A stretch of 64,000 nt of DNA from a virus (Duplodnaviria; Caudoviricetes), in IMG/VR virus record IMGVR_UViG_3300025389_001172, positions 32,001 through 96,000 of that record; one strand, given 5' to 3'. A program made the position numbers and the translations under genes. Positions 55,869 to 64,000 of the stretch are shown here, piece after piece (positions within the stretch are counted from its first letter, which is position 1; every line of letters starts with the position of its first letter). Below the pieces are notes generated by a model. The model was not told where the DNA came from and did no database searches. It saw only the letters and a list, made by a program, of their open reading frames with translations.

Positions 55869-56176
55869 TCTGGTACTGCCTTGATCAATAATGGGAAGTT
55901 ATTAGCACGGCTTAGCTCAGTGGCATCTATGACTTTCTGCTCAGCTATTTCGTGCGTGTAGATGCCCGCTACTCCGGAGCCTTCATCGTGTATCTGTTGG
56001 GTGATCCTGATCGCCGAATCAGTGGTATGTCTAAATATTCTAACCAGTAATAGAATTACAAATTCCACGGTTGTATAATCGTCATTGAGGATTACCACTT
56101 TATACCTGCTGGGTTCTTTGATCCGTTTATCGGTAGTGTTGTCTACGATTACTACTTCTTCTATGTCAGTTGCCAT
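55865..56176 (-). CDS. clpS: ATP-dependent Clp protease adaptor ClpS
   Basis: YKVVILNDDYTTVEFV, IHDEG.GVAG, EIAEQK, FPL. Confidence 0.93.
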   Translation of the reverse strand: MATDIEEVVIVDNTTDKRIKEPSRYKVVILNDDYTTVEFVILLLVRIFRHTTDSAIRITQQIHDEGSGVAGIYTHEIAEQKVIDATELSRANNFPLLIKAVPE

Positions 56177-56200
56177 GATCTGTGTCGGTAGATAAAATTA

Positions 56201-56224
56201 AGTTGGGGGAGGATTCCCCCAACT
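56201..56224 (-). terminator. Hairpin/terminator after hsp20
   Basis: 10-bp stem AGTTGGGGGA/TCCCCCAACT followed by TAATTTT on the minus strand. Confidence 0.55.
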
Positions 56225-56227
56225 GTG

Positions 56228-56662
56228 TCACTCAGCCTTGATTTTTAATATTCTCGGCTTTAATGCTTCTGGAATAACACGAGTAAGTTCTATGGTCAGC
56301 ACACCATTTCGTATGCGACCTTCACCTACTTCCATGTGTTCTGCCAGTGTCCAGCTACGAGTGAAATCACGTGTAGCCAGGCCACGCTGTAGATACACAG
56401 TATCTTCATCGTCGGCACCTTTTCGATGGCCTTTTACAACCAACTGATTTTGATCAACTTCGACTGCAATCTCGTCTGGTTCAAATCCTGTCACAGCGAT
56501 CTCGATCTCATATGAGTTCTCATCGTGTTTCAATATATTGAACGGAGGATAGTTGTTGTTGATTTGATTTGCAAAGCGTGCCTCGAAGTTATCGAATAAG
56601 CTGTCAAATCCTAATAGTGCTCTGTTTAGAGCGTTGGTGTCGAAACGTACTAATTGTGTCAT
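56228..56662 (-). CDS. Small heat-shock protein Hsp20 (IbpA-like)
   Basis: GFDSLF, NYPPFNI, IEIAVTGF, YLQRGLATRDF, NGVLTIEL, PEALKPR. Confidence 0.95.
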   Translation of the reverse strand: MTQLVRFDTNALNRALLGFDSLFDNFEARFANQINNNYPPFNILKHDENSYEIEIAVTGFEPDEIAVEVDQNQLVVKGHRKGADDEDTVYLQRGLATRDFTRSWTLAEHMEVGEGRIRNGVLTIELTRVIPEALKPRILKIKAE

Positions 56663-56746
56663 TGTTTTCTCCTTGTTTAAGTAAGATATATGTAAGGCCC
56701 ATTAGGTACCCTACATATATATTTATACACTGATTTATTACCCCTG

Positions 56747-58642
56747 TCAATCTTTTTTCACTTCTGTAGCATCCACATCTACTACACCGTCATCTGCGGG
56801 CGGAGTATCAGTAGTAGCATCAGCAGGAGGCTCTTTGGCCTTTTGGATTGGCTGTGCTGCCGCATATAGGTCGCTGGTCTTCTGTGTGATCACTTCTCTG
56901 TCTTCACCCTTGACTGCTTCCTCTACTTCTGCCATGGCCGATTCGATCTTGGTGACTTCATCTGGTGTTAGTTTGTCTTTGACTTCTGCTAGATCAGCTC
57001 GGACTGAGTTCAACTGTGACTCTGCGAAGTTACGGGTTTCGATCAGCTCACGTTGCTTCTTGTCATCCTCGGCATTGGCTTCGGCTTCCTTGATCATGCG
57101 ATCGATCTCTTCCTTGCTGAGTCCAGAATCACTCTTGATGGTGATCTTGTTTTCTTTGCCTGTACCCTTGTCCTTGGCACTGATCTTCATGATACCGTTG
57201 GCATCGATGTCAAAGGTCACTTCGATCTGCGGAGTACCACGGCGTGCTGGAGGAATACCAGTTAGGTCGAACTCGCCCAATAACTTGTTATAGTTGGCCA
57301 GTTCACGCTCACCTTGGAATACCTTGATAGTCACGGCAGGTTGATTGTCTTCAGCTGTGGAGAACACCTGGCTGGTCTTGGTAGGGATAGTGGTGTTCTT
57401 CTGGATCACCTTGGTCATGACCCCGCCCATGGTCTCGATACCTAGACTCAAAGGAGTCACGTCTAGCAACAGGACATCAGTTCGTCCACCACCTAGTACA
57501 TCACCTTGGATGGCAGCACCAGCGGCCACCGCTTCGTCTGGGTTTACATCCTTGCGAGGAGCCTTGCCAAACAGTTTCTCTACGGCTTCCTGTACCTTGG
57601 GCATGCGAGTCATACCACCTACCAGTATCACTTCGTCGATGTCGTCTGTAGTGACACCTGCATCTGTCATAGCGGTCTTGCATGGTGCTAGGCTTCGTTG
57701 GATCAACTCATCAACTAGGCTTTCCAGTTTGGCACGAGTCAGTTTGATATTAAGATGTTTTGGACCACTGGCATCTGCTGTGATGTAGGGCAGGTTGACA
57801 TCTGTCTGTGCTGAACTAGACAGTTCGATCTTGGCTTTTTCTGCGGCTTCTTTCAAGCGTTGCAGTGCCAATACGTCTTTGGTTAGATCAACACCTGAAT
57901 CTTTCTTGAATGAGTCAACCAAGAAGTCCATGATGCGTTGGTCGAAGTCTTCACCGCCGAGGAATGTGTCACCGTTGGTAGACAAGACTTCGATCTGCTT
58001 TTCACCTTCCACGTTGGCGATCTCGATAATGCTGACATCAAATGTACCACCACCTAGATCATAGACAGCGATCTTGCGATCTTTTTTATCCTGTTTGTCT
58101 ACACCATAGGCCAAGGCAGCCGCTGTGGGTTCGTTGATGATACGCAGGACTTCTAAGCCTGCGATCTTTCCTGCATCTTTGGTAGCTTGACGTTGTGAAT
58201 CATTGAAGTAGGCTGGAACTGTGATAACCGCCTGATCAACTTCGTAGCCAAGATAGTCTTCAGCGGTCTTTTTCATCTTGCGGAGAACTTCTGCTGAGAT
58301 CTGCGGAGGTGCTAGTTTTTCACCGTTGGCTTCTACCCACGCATCTCCGTTGTCTGCTTGGATGATCTGGTAGGGCATCAAGTCGATGTCTTTCTGTACA
58401 GCATCTTCTGTAAATTTACGACCGATCAAGCGTTTAGACGCATAGATCGTGTTCTTTGGATTGGTCACTGCCTGGCGTTTAGCTGAGGCACCGACTAGGA
58501 TTTCATCGTTGGCATAGGCCACGATGGATGGCGTTGTACGAGCGCCTTCTGAATTTTCGATTACTTTGGGGATTCCGCCTTCGATAACAGCCACGCAACT
58601 ATTAGTGGTGCCAAGGTCAATTCCGATCACAACTTTACTCAT
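56747..58642 (-). CDS. dnaK: Chaperone DnaK (Hsp70)
   Basis: [54 protein letters not shown]. Confidence 0.98.
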   Translation of the reverse strand: MSKVVIGIDLGTTNSCVAVIEGGIPKVIENSEGARTTPSIVAYANDEILVGASAKRQAVTNPKNTIYASKRLIGRKFTEDAVQKDIDLMPYQIIQADNGDAWVEANGEKLAPPQISAEVLRKMKKTAEDYLGYEVDQAVITVPAYFNDSQRQATKDAGKIAGLEVLRIINEPTAAALAYGVDKQDKKDRKIAVYDLGGGTFDVSIIEIANVEGEKQIEVLSTNGDTFLGGEDFDQRIMDFLVDSFKKDSGVDLTKDVLALQRLKEAAEKAKIELSSSAQTDVNLPYITADASGPKHLNIKLTRAKLESLVDELIQRSLAPCKTAMTDAGVTTDDIDEVILVGGMTRMPKVQEAVEKLFGKAPRKDVNPDEAVAAGAAIQGDVLGGGRTDVLLLDVTPLSLGIETMGGVMTKVIQKNTTIPTKTSQVFSTAEDNQPAVTIKVFQGERELANYNKLLGEFDLTGIPPARRGTPQIEVTFDIDANGIMKISAKDKGTGKENKITIKSDSGLSKEEIDRMIKEAEANAEDDKKQRELIETRNFAESQLNSVRADLAEVKDKLTPDEVTKIESAMAEVEEAVKGEDREVITQKTSDLYAAAQPIQKAKEPPADATTDTPPADDGVVDVDATEVKKD

Positions 58643-58731
58643 TAGTTTTCTCCTTATTAAGTGAGTATATCCGGGCACTATGCCCATTCGTAGCATCCAT
58701 TAGGTATACCACACCTTTATTTAGTATACAT

Positions 58732-59040
58732 TTAATCTATCTTTTTGTCAACCTGATCTTCGTCAATCACATGATCCGCCACTGGTCCAAACCGATCTAG
58801 ATAGTTTTCTTTGTAGCTCTTTTTAGATGCTTCAGCATCGTATTCTGCCTGCAATTCGCTATTTTCCTTGATTTTTAACAGCCAAGGATGGAGCAGTTTA
58901 TCAGTGATCCTGCGACTCAGTTCTTCTATGACCTGTTCAGCGGGCTCGCCCTGTGCGATACGTTGTAGTGCTATGCCGTACTCATAGATGCGGACACGTT
59001 CTACCCACTTTTCATATTCTTCGTTAGGATCGTATTTCAT
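58732..59040 (-). CDS. Stand-alone glutamyl-tRNA reductase dimerization-domain-like protein
   Basis: ALQRIAQGEPAEQVIEELSRRITDKLLHP resembles the HemA C-terminal L..G.....VLE.L...LTNKLLH.P pattern. Confidence 0.6.
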   Translation of the reverse strand: MKYDPNEEYEKWVERVRIYEYGIALQRIAQGEPAEQVIEELSRRITDKLLHPWLLKIKENSELQAEYDAEASKKSYKENYLDRFGPVADHVIDEDQVDKKID

Positions 59041-59264
59041 CCGCCCCACCTCAACATAAACATAAGCTGATCCTGTTCTGTCTTGAAAAAATATGTGCTA
59101 CGATAGTCTGGATCGAATACTGCCGCCGCGGGATCTTCTCCTAACTTGTACCAAGTTTCATTCCAAGGTCCTATATTTTCTACGCACCACTGCTGTACCT
59201 CGGGCCACCGATGTTTGGTATAGGCTGTATATATTAATCTTTTGTTAAGTTTAGGATAGGTCAT
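59037..59264 (-). CDS. FxLRW-family small protein
   Basis: QWCVENIG..W..FKTEQDQLMFMLRWG. Confidence 0.7.
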   Translation of the reverse strand: MTYPKLNKRLIYTAYTKHRWPEVQQWCVENIGPWNETWYKLGEDPAAAVFDPDYRSTYFFKTEQDQLMFMLRWGG

Positions 59265-59479
59265 TATGATCCCCACCTCAATAAGAACATCATATGATCT
59301 TGGGCACTGTGGAACTCAAAAACACCGTCTCCAATGTACCACCATCCTCGATGGCCAAATCTCTCTTCACACCATTCCAGGCAAGGCTTCCAACCCAGAT
59401 AACGATGGCCTGATATAGTGTTTAGTGATTCATATGGTGCAGGTATGCTGGCTATATGTCTTTTTGATATTTCGTTCAT
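59264..59479 (-). CDS. FxLRW-family small protein
   Basis: EWCEERFG..FEFHSAQDHMMFLLRWGS. Confidence 0.7.
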   Translation of the reverse strand: MNEISKRHIASIPAPYESLNTISGHRYLGWKPCLEWCEERFGHRGWWYIGDGVFEFHSAQDHMMFLLRWGS

Positions 59480-59664
59480 TATGAACCCCACCTTAATAAG
59501 AACATCATATGATCCTGAGCATTGTAGAAATATATACACCTGTTTCTTTCAAACCAAGTCTTGTGTCCAACAGGTCCAAACTGTCGGTAGCACCAGCTTA
59601 AAACCTCCAGATCCACCTGATTGTTTAACTCAACTATGTGGTATTCGTGACGATCTACCTTCAT
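59479..59664 (-). CDS. FxLRW-family small protein
   Basis: SWCYRQFG..FYNAQDHMMFLLRWGS. Confidence 0.7.
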   Translation of the reverse strand: MKVDRHEYHIVELNNQVDLEVLSWCYRQFGPVGHKTWFERNRCIYFYNAQDHMMFLLRWGS

Positions 59665-59864
59665 AGCCACCTCAACACAAACATTAAATAATCCTGCTCA
59701 CGATTAAACTCAAATACACCTTCACCCTGGTACCGCCAACCGGCCTTGACAGTTTGCTCGCACCAGCGTATGCAGGGTGACCATCCTGGATAGGTTAGGC
59801 CCATAATTTCCTGCTGACCTGGAGATGAGACGCTGGCTATATATCTATCTTGTTGACTGTTCAC
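59661..59864 (-). CDS. FxLRW-family small protein
   Basis: RWCEQ..FEFNREQDYLMFVLRWL. Confidence 0.7.
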   Translation of the reverse strand: MNSQQDRYIASVSSPGQQEIMGLTYPGWSPCIRWCEQTVKAGWRYQGEGVFEFNREQDYLMFVLRWL

Positions 59865-60175
59865 GACCACCTCAAAATAAACATAGTAGCATCTTTTTCT
59901 TTTTCAAAGATAAAGTCTCGGCCCCGACGCTCGTATGCACCTTTACAATTTTCTTCCAACCAGTACCTGATATCTATGGCGTGTTTGTTATCTACTAGAG
60001 TAGGCAACATAACACGAGTCCATCCTATACTTTTGAGCATACCCCAAAGTATTTCACGATCAATTTCTTCTTGCATTTCCTTGGCCTTAGCTTCTATCAT
60101 TTCTTTTTCTAAGATAGTCTGCTGGTCATTTACCCACGTTTTCATACTGTCTATACATTCTGGACTTAGATTCAT
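59861..60175 (-). CDS. FxLRW-family small protein
   Basis: EIDREIL..WLEENC..FEKEKDATMFILRWS. Confidence 0.7.
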   Translation of the reverse strand: MNLSPECIDSMKTWVNDQQTILEKEMIEAKAKEMQEEIDREILWGMLKSIGWTRVMLPTLVDNKHAIDIRYWLEENCKGAYERRGRDFIFEKEKDATMFILRWS

Positions 60176-60420
60176 GCCCACCTCAGGGTAAACAACAAAT
60201 AATCCCGTTCATCCTGCCACACCACCCGGTCAGGATTATACATAATTCTAACACCGGGATTTAGCTCTTCAAACTTACGATCAAATAACCGTTCTCGAGT
60301 ATGATTATTACAATCTGGATAATTTGAACTTATGTAATACACACAGTTTAACAAAGATTTGGGTATCTTTTTCATTCGTTCTTCGTGTGGAAAATCTACA
60401 GGAATTACAATTTCTATCAT
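60172..60420 (-). CDS. FxLRW-family small protein
   Basis: WQDERDYLLFTLRWA. Confidence 0.7.
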   Translation of the reverse strand: MIEIVIPVDFPHEERMKKIPKSLLNCVYYISSNYPDCNNHTRERLFDRKFEELNPGVRIMYNPDRVVWQDERDYLLFTLRWA

Positions 60421-60635
60421 GACCACCTCAATAAAAACAATGTGTATAATTTTTTGTCGAGTTGGTAGCATCTCTGGCCGTCCCGGGTCTCCCCTACCGT
60501 CCAGGGACCTTGTTGTCTTATCCAGATTTCAATTTCTTCTCGATAGACTTCTACCACAACAATATGATGCGTTTTGCCTAAAACTTGAAATCCGGGCATG
60601 ACCTTACCAAAACAATCAAGGTATATATATGTCAT
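60417..60635 (-). CDS. FxLRW-family small protein
   Basis: LYTLFLLRWS. Confidence 0.7.
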   Translation of the reverse strand: MTYIYLDCFGKVMPGFQVLGKTHHIVVVEVYREEIEIWIRQQGPWTVGETRDGQRCYQLDKKLYTLFLLRWS

Positions 60636-60822
60636 AGCCACCTCAGTGCAAATAGTGCGGCTTTTTTTGGACAGTCGAATTCCCACCGTCGGCCCATACC
60701 GCGTTCTCGCCTAGATATCGGCCCAGTCTGAATTTGAGACCCAGAGATTCTATTATTTCCCGGTCAATTTGGTCTTGCATTGCCTTTGCTATTGATGTCA
60801 TTATTGCATCTTCTGTAATCAT
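60632..60822 (-). pseudogene. Frameshifted FxLRW-family gene
   Basis: N-terminus QIDREII in one frame; RWEFDCPKKAALFALRWL* in the -1 frame. Confidence 0.65.
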
Positions 60823-61049
60823 AGCCACCTCAACAAGAACATGGCCAGATCTTGTTCTTTCTCGAAACGAAAGATATGATAGGCCATACGAGCGTGATAA
60901 CCCAGGGTGTCAATACACCACTGATTGATCTCATCATAGATCGATTCTGTGAGGGGAACGGCATAATCTACACCAGATAGTTTATACGAGGGTTGATCCC
61001 ACACCTCGGCTACCCATTTACGTCCCTGTCGTCTGTAGTCTATGTCCAT
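60819..61049 (-). CDS. FxLRW-family small protein
   Basis: QWCIDTLG..FRFEKEQDLAMFLLRWL. Confidence 0.7.
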   Translation of the reverse strand: MDIDYRRQGRKWVAEVWDQPSYKLSGVDYAVPLTESIYDEINQWCIDTLGYHARMAYHIFRFEKEQDLAMFLLRWL

Positions 61050-61294
61050 TCTGCGTATTTCATCTTAAACATCAGTATATCCTTGTCATCCCAGAAGTAA
61101 AATCCATAACAGACGTCATACATGGGACTGACGTCGCTGGTGTTGACTTCTTCCATCCATAGGAAACTATGGCAGTTCTCTATGGCCCAGTATTTGATAT
61201 CTTTGATCTTTGGCGGATCTCCTAACACTATCAGCGTACACTGATCTAGGAGTTCCTGTGGAGGTTCATAGGGAAATAAGTAGTTACTGATCAT
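61040..61294 (-). CDS. Divergent FxLRW-family small protein
   Basis: WAIENC..FYFWDDKDILMFKMKY. Confidence 0.6.
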   Translation of the reverse strand: MISNYLFPYEPPQELLDQCTLIVLGDPPKIKDIKYWAIENCHSFLWMEEVNTSDVSPMYDVCYGFYFWDDKDILMFKMKYAEWT

Positions 61295-61551
61295 CTCATC
61301 AGGCTCCCTACAAACTCCACGGTGATCTGAGACTCAGGTATGACATCCCCTCCATGTTCCAATATAAACATAGTAGCATCTTTTTCACTGACAAAATGCC
61401 AGTCCATCCAATCTGTATCTATATTGGTCATGTATCTATCACCGGGCAGTCCGAACTGTTCAAAGGTGCGTGCCAAGATCTCATTCCACATGACATGCTC
61501 GTTGGCAGGATCATTGATCTCATTCCAATAGAGTCGCACAGTTGTGGTCAT
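61291..61551 (-). CDS. Divergent FxLRW-family small protein
   Basis: EQFGLPG..FVSEKDATMFIL. Confidence 0.6.
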   Translation of the reverse strand: MTTTVRLYWNEINDPANEHVMWNEILARTFEQFGLPGDRYMTNIDTDWMDWHFVSEKDATMFILEHGGDVIPESQITVEFVGSLMR

Positions 61552-62372
61552 ACAGTAAACGAAAATCCAGGATCAAAATGGTCTGTGGGCTCATAGCCAA
61601 CATAGCCACGAGGATTACTGACAACACGAGTCTCACCGATATAATAACTTACCGGATCGTGCATATGGCCATGTACCCAAGTATGGATGTTGGGATTGTC
61701 CAGAATGAACTGATCCATGTTGCTGGAGTATCCACCATTCATAGTGGTATCATACCGATATTTCTCGTTGACACTCTGGAAGCTGGGAGAGTGATGAGTA
61801 ATCACAACAAAGGGCTTGTCACGGTTCAACTCCAATATGGTCTTGAAATACTGTTTGGTCTTGAAGTGTATCTCAGCAGTACGTTCCGGCGTCAGCTTGT
61901 GCCAGACGCTTCTATCAGGATAGAATTCTGTGATTGCCCTGTAGTCATTCATCCCCATCTTGAGATGCATGGCCGTGATTGGGTCGCCTCCATTGAGGTC
62001 GGTCCATAGGGTAGAGCCCATAAACATGACTCCACGATATTCTTCTACCTGATCCTCTAGCAGGGTCACGTTGGCTGGCAAGATCTTTAGGAGTTCATCG
62101 TAGGTCTTGTAGAGTTTGCCACCATAGTGCTCGTGATTGCCCATGACCATGAATACCTTGTCATATTTGGCGCATTCTACACGGAAGAATTCACTACAGG
62201 GAAATTCTCGATTGGGTTCTCCGGTTGGGTATAGAGTTTTGGTACTGTGGAATTCTGTGGTGAGCCTGCGAGCTTCGCAGACGTCACCGGCGAGAATTAA
62301 AACCTCCCCACCTGGGAGTTCGCAGTATCCACCAACATCTAGATGTAAATCACTTACCAAACTCACCTTCAT
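61548..62372 (-). CDS. Calcineurin-like metallophosphoesterase
   Basis: SDLHL, LAGD, GNHE, THHSP, HGHMH, NPRGY. Confidence 0.9.
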   Translation of the reverse strand: MKVSLVSDLHLDVGGYCELPGGEVLILAGDVCEARRLTTEFHSTKTLYPTGEPNREFPCSEFFRVECAKYDKVFMVMGNHEHYGGKLYKTYDELLKILPANVTLLEDQVEEYRGVMFMGSTLWTDLNGGDPITAMHLKMGMNDYRAITEFYPDRSVWHKLTPERTAEIHFKTKQYFKTILELNRDKPFVVITHHSPSFQSVNEKYRYDTTMNGGYSSNMDQFILDNPNIHTWVHGHMHDPVSYYIGETRVVSNPRGYVGYEPTDHFDPGFSFTV

Positions 62373-62373
62373 A

Positions 62374-62640
62374 TCAACTCCACCTTAATCCAAAATGTGC
62401 GGCTTCTTTTTCAGAGCCAAAATAGATACGGATCCTACCGTTGTCGGCACTCATCCACGCCCACAGTGTATTCTTTTTACCAGTTTTATAGTAGTAGTCC
62501 AGCTCACAGCTAGGTCCCCAGGTTTCCCAGCACCACTGTCTGTGTTCTACAAATGTGTCGGCATCTTTATAGATATACTGAACCATATGGGTAAACGTAT
62601 CTCCACCTGAGTATTGACGTGTTAGTTTTTTGATCTTCAT
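62374..62640 (-). CDS. FxLRW-family small protein
   Basis: QWCWETWGP..YFGSEKEAAHFGLRWS. Confidence 0.7.
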   Translation of the reverse strand: MKIKKLTRQYSGGDTFTHMVQYIYKDADTFVEHRQWCWETWGPSCELDYYYKTGKKNTLWAWMSADNGRIRIYFGSEKEAAHFGLRWS

Positions 62641-62646
62641 ATTATT

Positions 62647-62675
62647 ATTATACAATCTTTTTGGTAAAAAGTCAA
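62647..62675 (-). promoter_or_regulatory. Sigma70-type early promoter with TTTTACCA spacer; probably leaderless
   Basis: TTGACT-TTTTACCAAAAAGATTG-TATAAT, with ATG 6 nt downstream. Confidence 0.75.
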
Positions 62676-62963
62676 CATATAAATATACTTATGAACAACA
62701 ATGATGAGTACATTGAACCACCTCCAGAACCACTAACACAGGGAGAGTGGATCTTCTTCGGAATAGCACTCACTTTCCTATTTTTCGAACTATACTACAT
62801 GTGGACATGGTGCCAATGGATATCAAATTGCCCCAGATGAACAGAGAATTTTGGAAAGAAGCGGTAGATATCTGGACGGAAATACTAGCCGCACTCGCCG
62901 AAACTAGATAGTAATACCGGGAATCTCAACCGGATTTAATTTTTCTTTTTTAATTTTTACCGG

Positions 62964-63530
62964 TTAAACTGGTGGAGGTAAATTCTCAAGTCCTATTTTC
63001 TTTTGATGAGCTTCTTTTTTCTTTTTCTTTTCTTCTAACAGAGCTTGTTTTTCTTGTTTGGCATTTAGTCTTGCTTGACGAGCACGGGCGTTCTCTTCAG
63101 TCTTTCTACGTGCGGGTCCCATTGGTTTAAAATTATATCCATATTTGAGAGCATCTTTGCATTGTATATTCTGTTCTACAATATGACGTAGATCTTCACG
63201 TCCACATAGTAATCTTTCACGGCATAGATCTACATTATCGATCATTAGGTCAACGCCGTAGATGGTTCGGAGTGCCTGCTCAAACGTACTACCATTTTCC
63301 ATTTTACGGATTAGTACTTCCCCTAAAAACTGTCCGTCACCGCAACTCGGGTCAAGGAAGGTCTTTGCGGGATCTGTAAACTGCTCAGCAGGAATTTGTT
63401 CCAGCATCTCACGCACCAGTTCAGTAGGAGTAAAAACCTCACCAGTGGCCTTTACCCTCAGTTTATCACGTTCTACTCCACCCATATAGGCACGGTTGCG
63501 AATGTGATCTATAACTTCTTCAATTTTCAT
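62964..63530 (-). CDS. N6-adenine DNA methyltransferase N-terminal (SAM-binding) half
   Basis: GEVFTP, FLDPSCGDGQF, IYGVDL; no NPPY motif; Lys-rich tail. Confidence 0.75.
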   Translation of the reverse strand: MKIEEVIDHIRNRAYMGGVERDKLRVKATGEVFTPTELVREMLEQIPAEQFTDPAKTFLDPSCGDGQFLGEVLIRKMENGSTFEQALRTIYGVDLMIDNVDLCRERLLCGREDLRHIVEQNIQCKDALKYGYNFKPMGPARRKTEENARARQARLNAKQEKQALLEEKKKKKEAHQKKIGLENLPPPV

Positions 63531-64000
63531 TTATACCAGTTTTTCTTAAAAGACTTAAACATTCCATAATCTGTATAGTAAGTATTCCATTTAGTAGATG
63601 CAATTAATCTCTTGCCTTTGTCACTATTAAGAAACTCTATAATTTCTTCTCCTTCTTCTTCAGAAGAAATAGGAATACCAAATGTAAGTTGACTCATACC
63701 GTACTCACCCTTAAAATCGTTGTAAGGATATTGGAGTTCATTCTGATTTAACAGAACCTTTGCTACACCAAAATGTGTAGTGTCATTTTCTTGTGACTTA
63801 TCAAAGTATTTTATACCAAGGCCGGATTTATTAATAGTATGTACAACTTGATACTTGTAATCTTTTGTTTGAACATCACTGTGTTTCTTTTGTGTATGAT
63901 AGAAGGTATTATACAACACTGATGTCCCTTTTCCTAACAATTGAGAAATCTCATCAATTGCATAGTTAGGGAGCCAATCAAAATTGACAAGATCTAAATC
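63527..64000 (-). CDS. C-terminal part of a probable methyltransferase/target-recognition protein, runs off the window end
   Basis: Open frame to the window edge; KVLL..YPYND.KGEYG..FLNS resembles TRD regions; adjacent to the MTase half. Confidence 0.45.
   Translation of the reverse strand, partial: DLDLVNFDWLPNYAIDEISQLLGKGTSVLYNTFYHTQKKHSDVQTKDYKYQVVHTINKSGLGIKYFDKSQENDTTHFGVAKVLLNQNELQYPYNDFKGEYGMSQLTFGIPISSEEEGEEIIEFLNSDKGKRLIASTKWNTYYTDYGMFKSFKKNWYK

Noticed and set aside
56835-58064. Plus-strand ORFs antisense to dnaK (likewise those opposite clpP, csgG, the cyclase and others)
   Set aside because: Shadow ORFs from codon bias of conserved minus-strand genes; no RBS or motifs
1-64000. 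Bacterial chromosome or prophage origin
   Set aside because: Dense small ORFs, T4-type TAAATA late motifs, tail fibres, an RFC-like loader and isolated host-like genes without their usual operons indicate a large phage; no integrase or att site seen

Overview
A 64-kb segment of a large T4-like/jumbo tailed-phage genome, mostly encoded on the minus strand. The host is probably a proteobacterium, inferred from DnaK, RpoZ, ClpS, sigma70 promoters and boxA sites. It carries a clamp-loader subunit, a DnaE fragment, GroES, two paralogous collar-domain tail fibres and a collagen-like GYTGS fibre with an S74 chaperone domain. Auxiliary genes include SOD, UvsE, QueD, FolE, ClpP, ClpS, Hsp20, DnaK, RpoZ, 2OG-Fe(II) oxygenases, heme oxygenase plus a bilin reductase, and an 8.5-kb glycosyl/methyltransferase cluster. 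Five things stand out. (1) A curli-like secretion and envelope-signalling locus: CsgF, CsgG, two curlins, FecR, an autotransporter and a CHASE2 cyclase, flanked by lipid-remodelling genes. (2) A tRNA region mixing normal tRNAs with anticodon-less tRNAs, chimeric tRNAs and several unassigned structured RNAs, under boxA-containing promoters. (3) A preQ1-I-like pseudoknot upstream of queD. (4) A perfect 29-bp palindrome that puts a stop codon in queD. (5) A tandem array of small paralogs whose conserved C-terminal LRW codons double as the next gene's ribosome-binding site. All calls come from motif recognition by eye; no searches were run.
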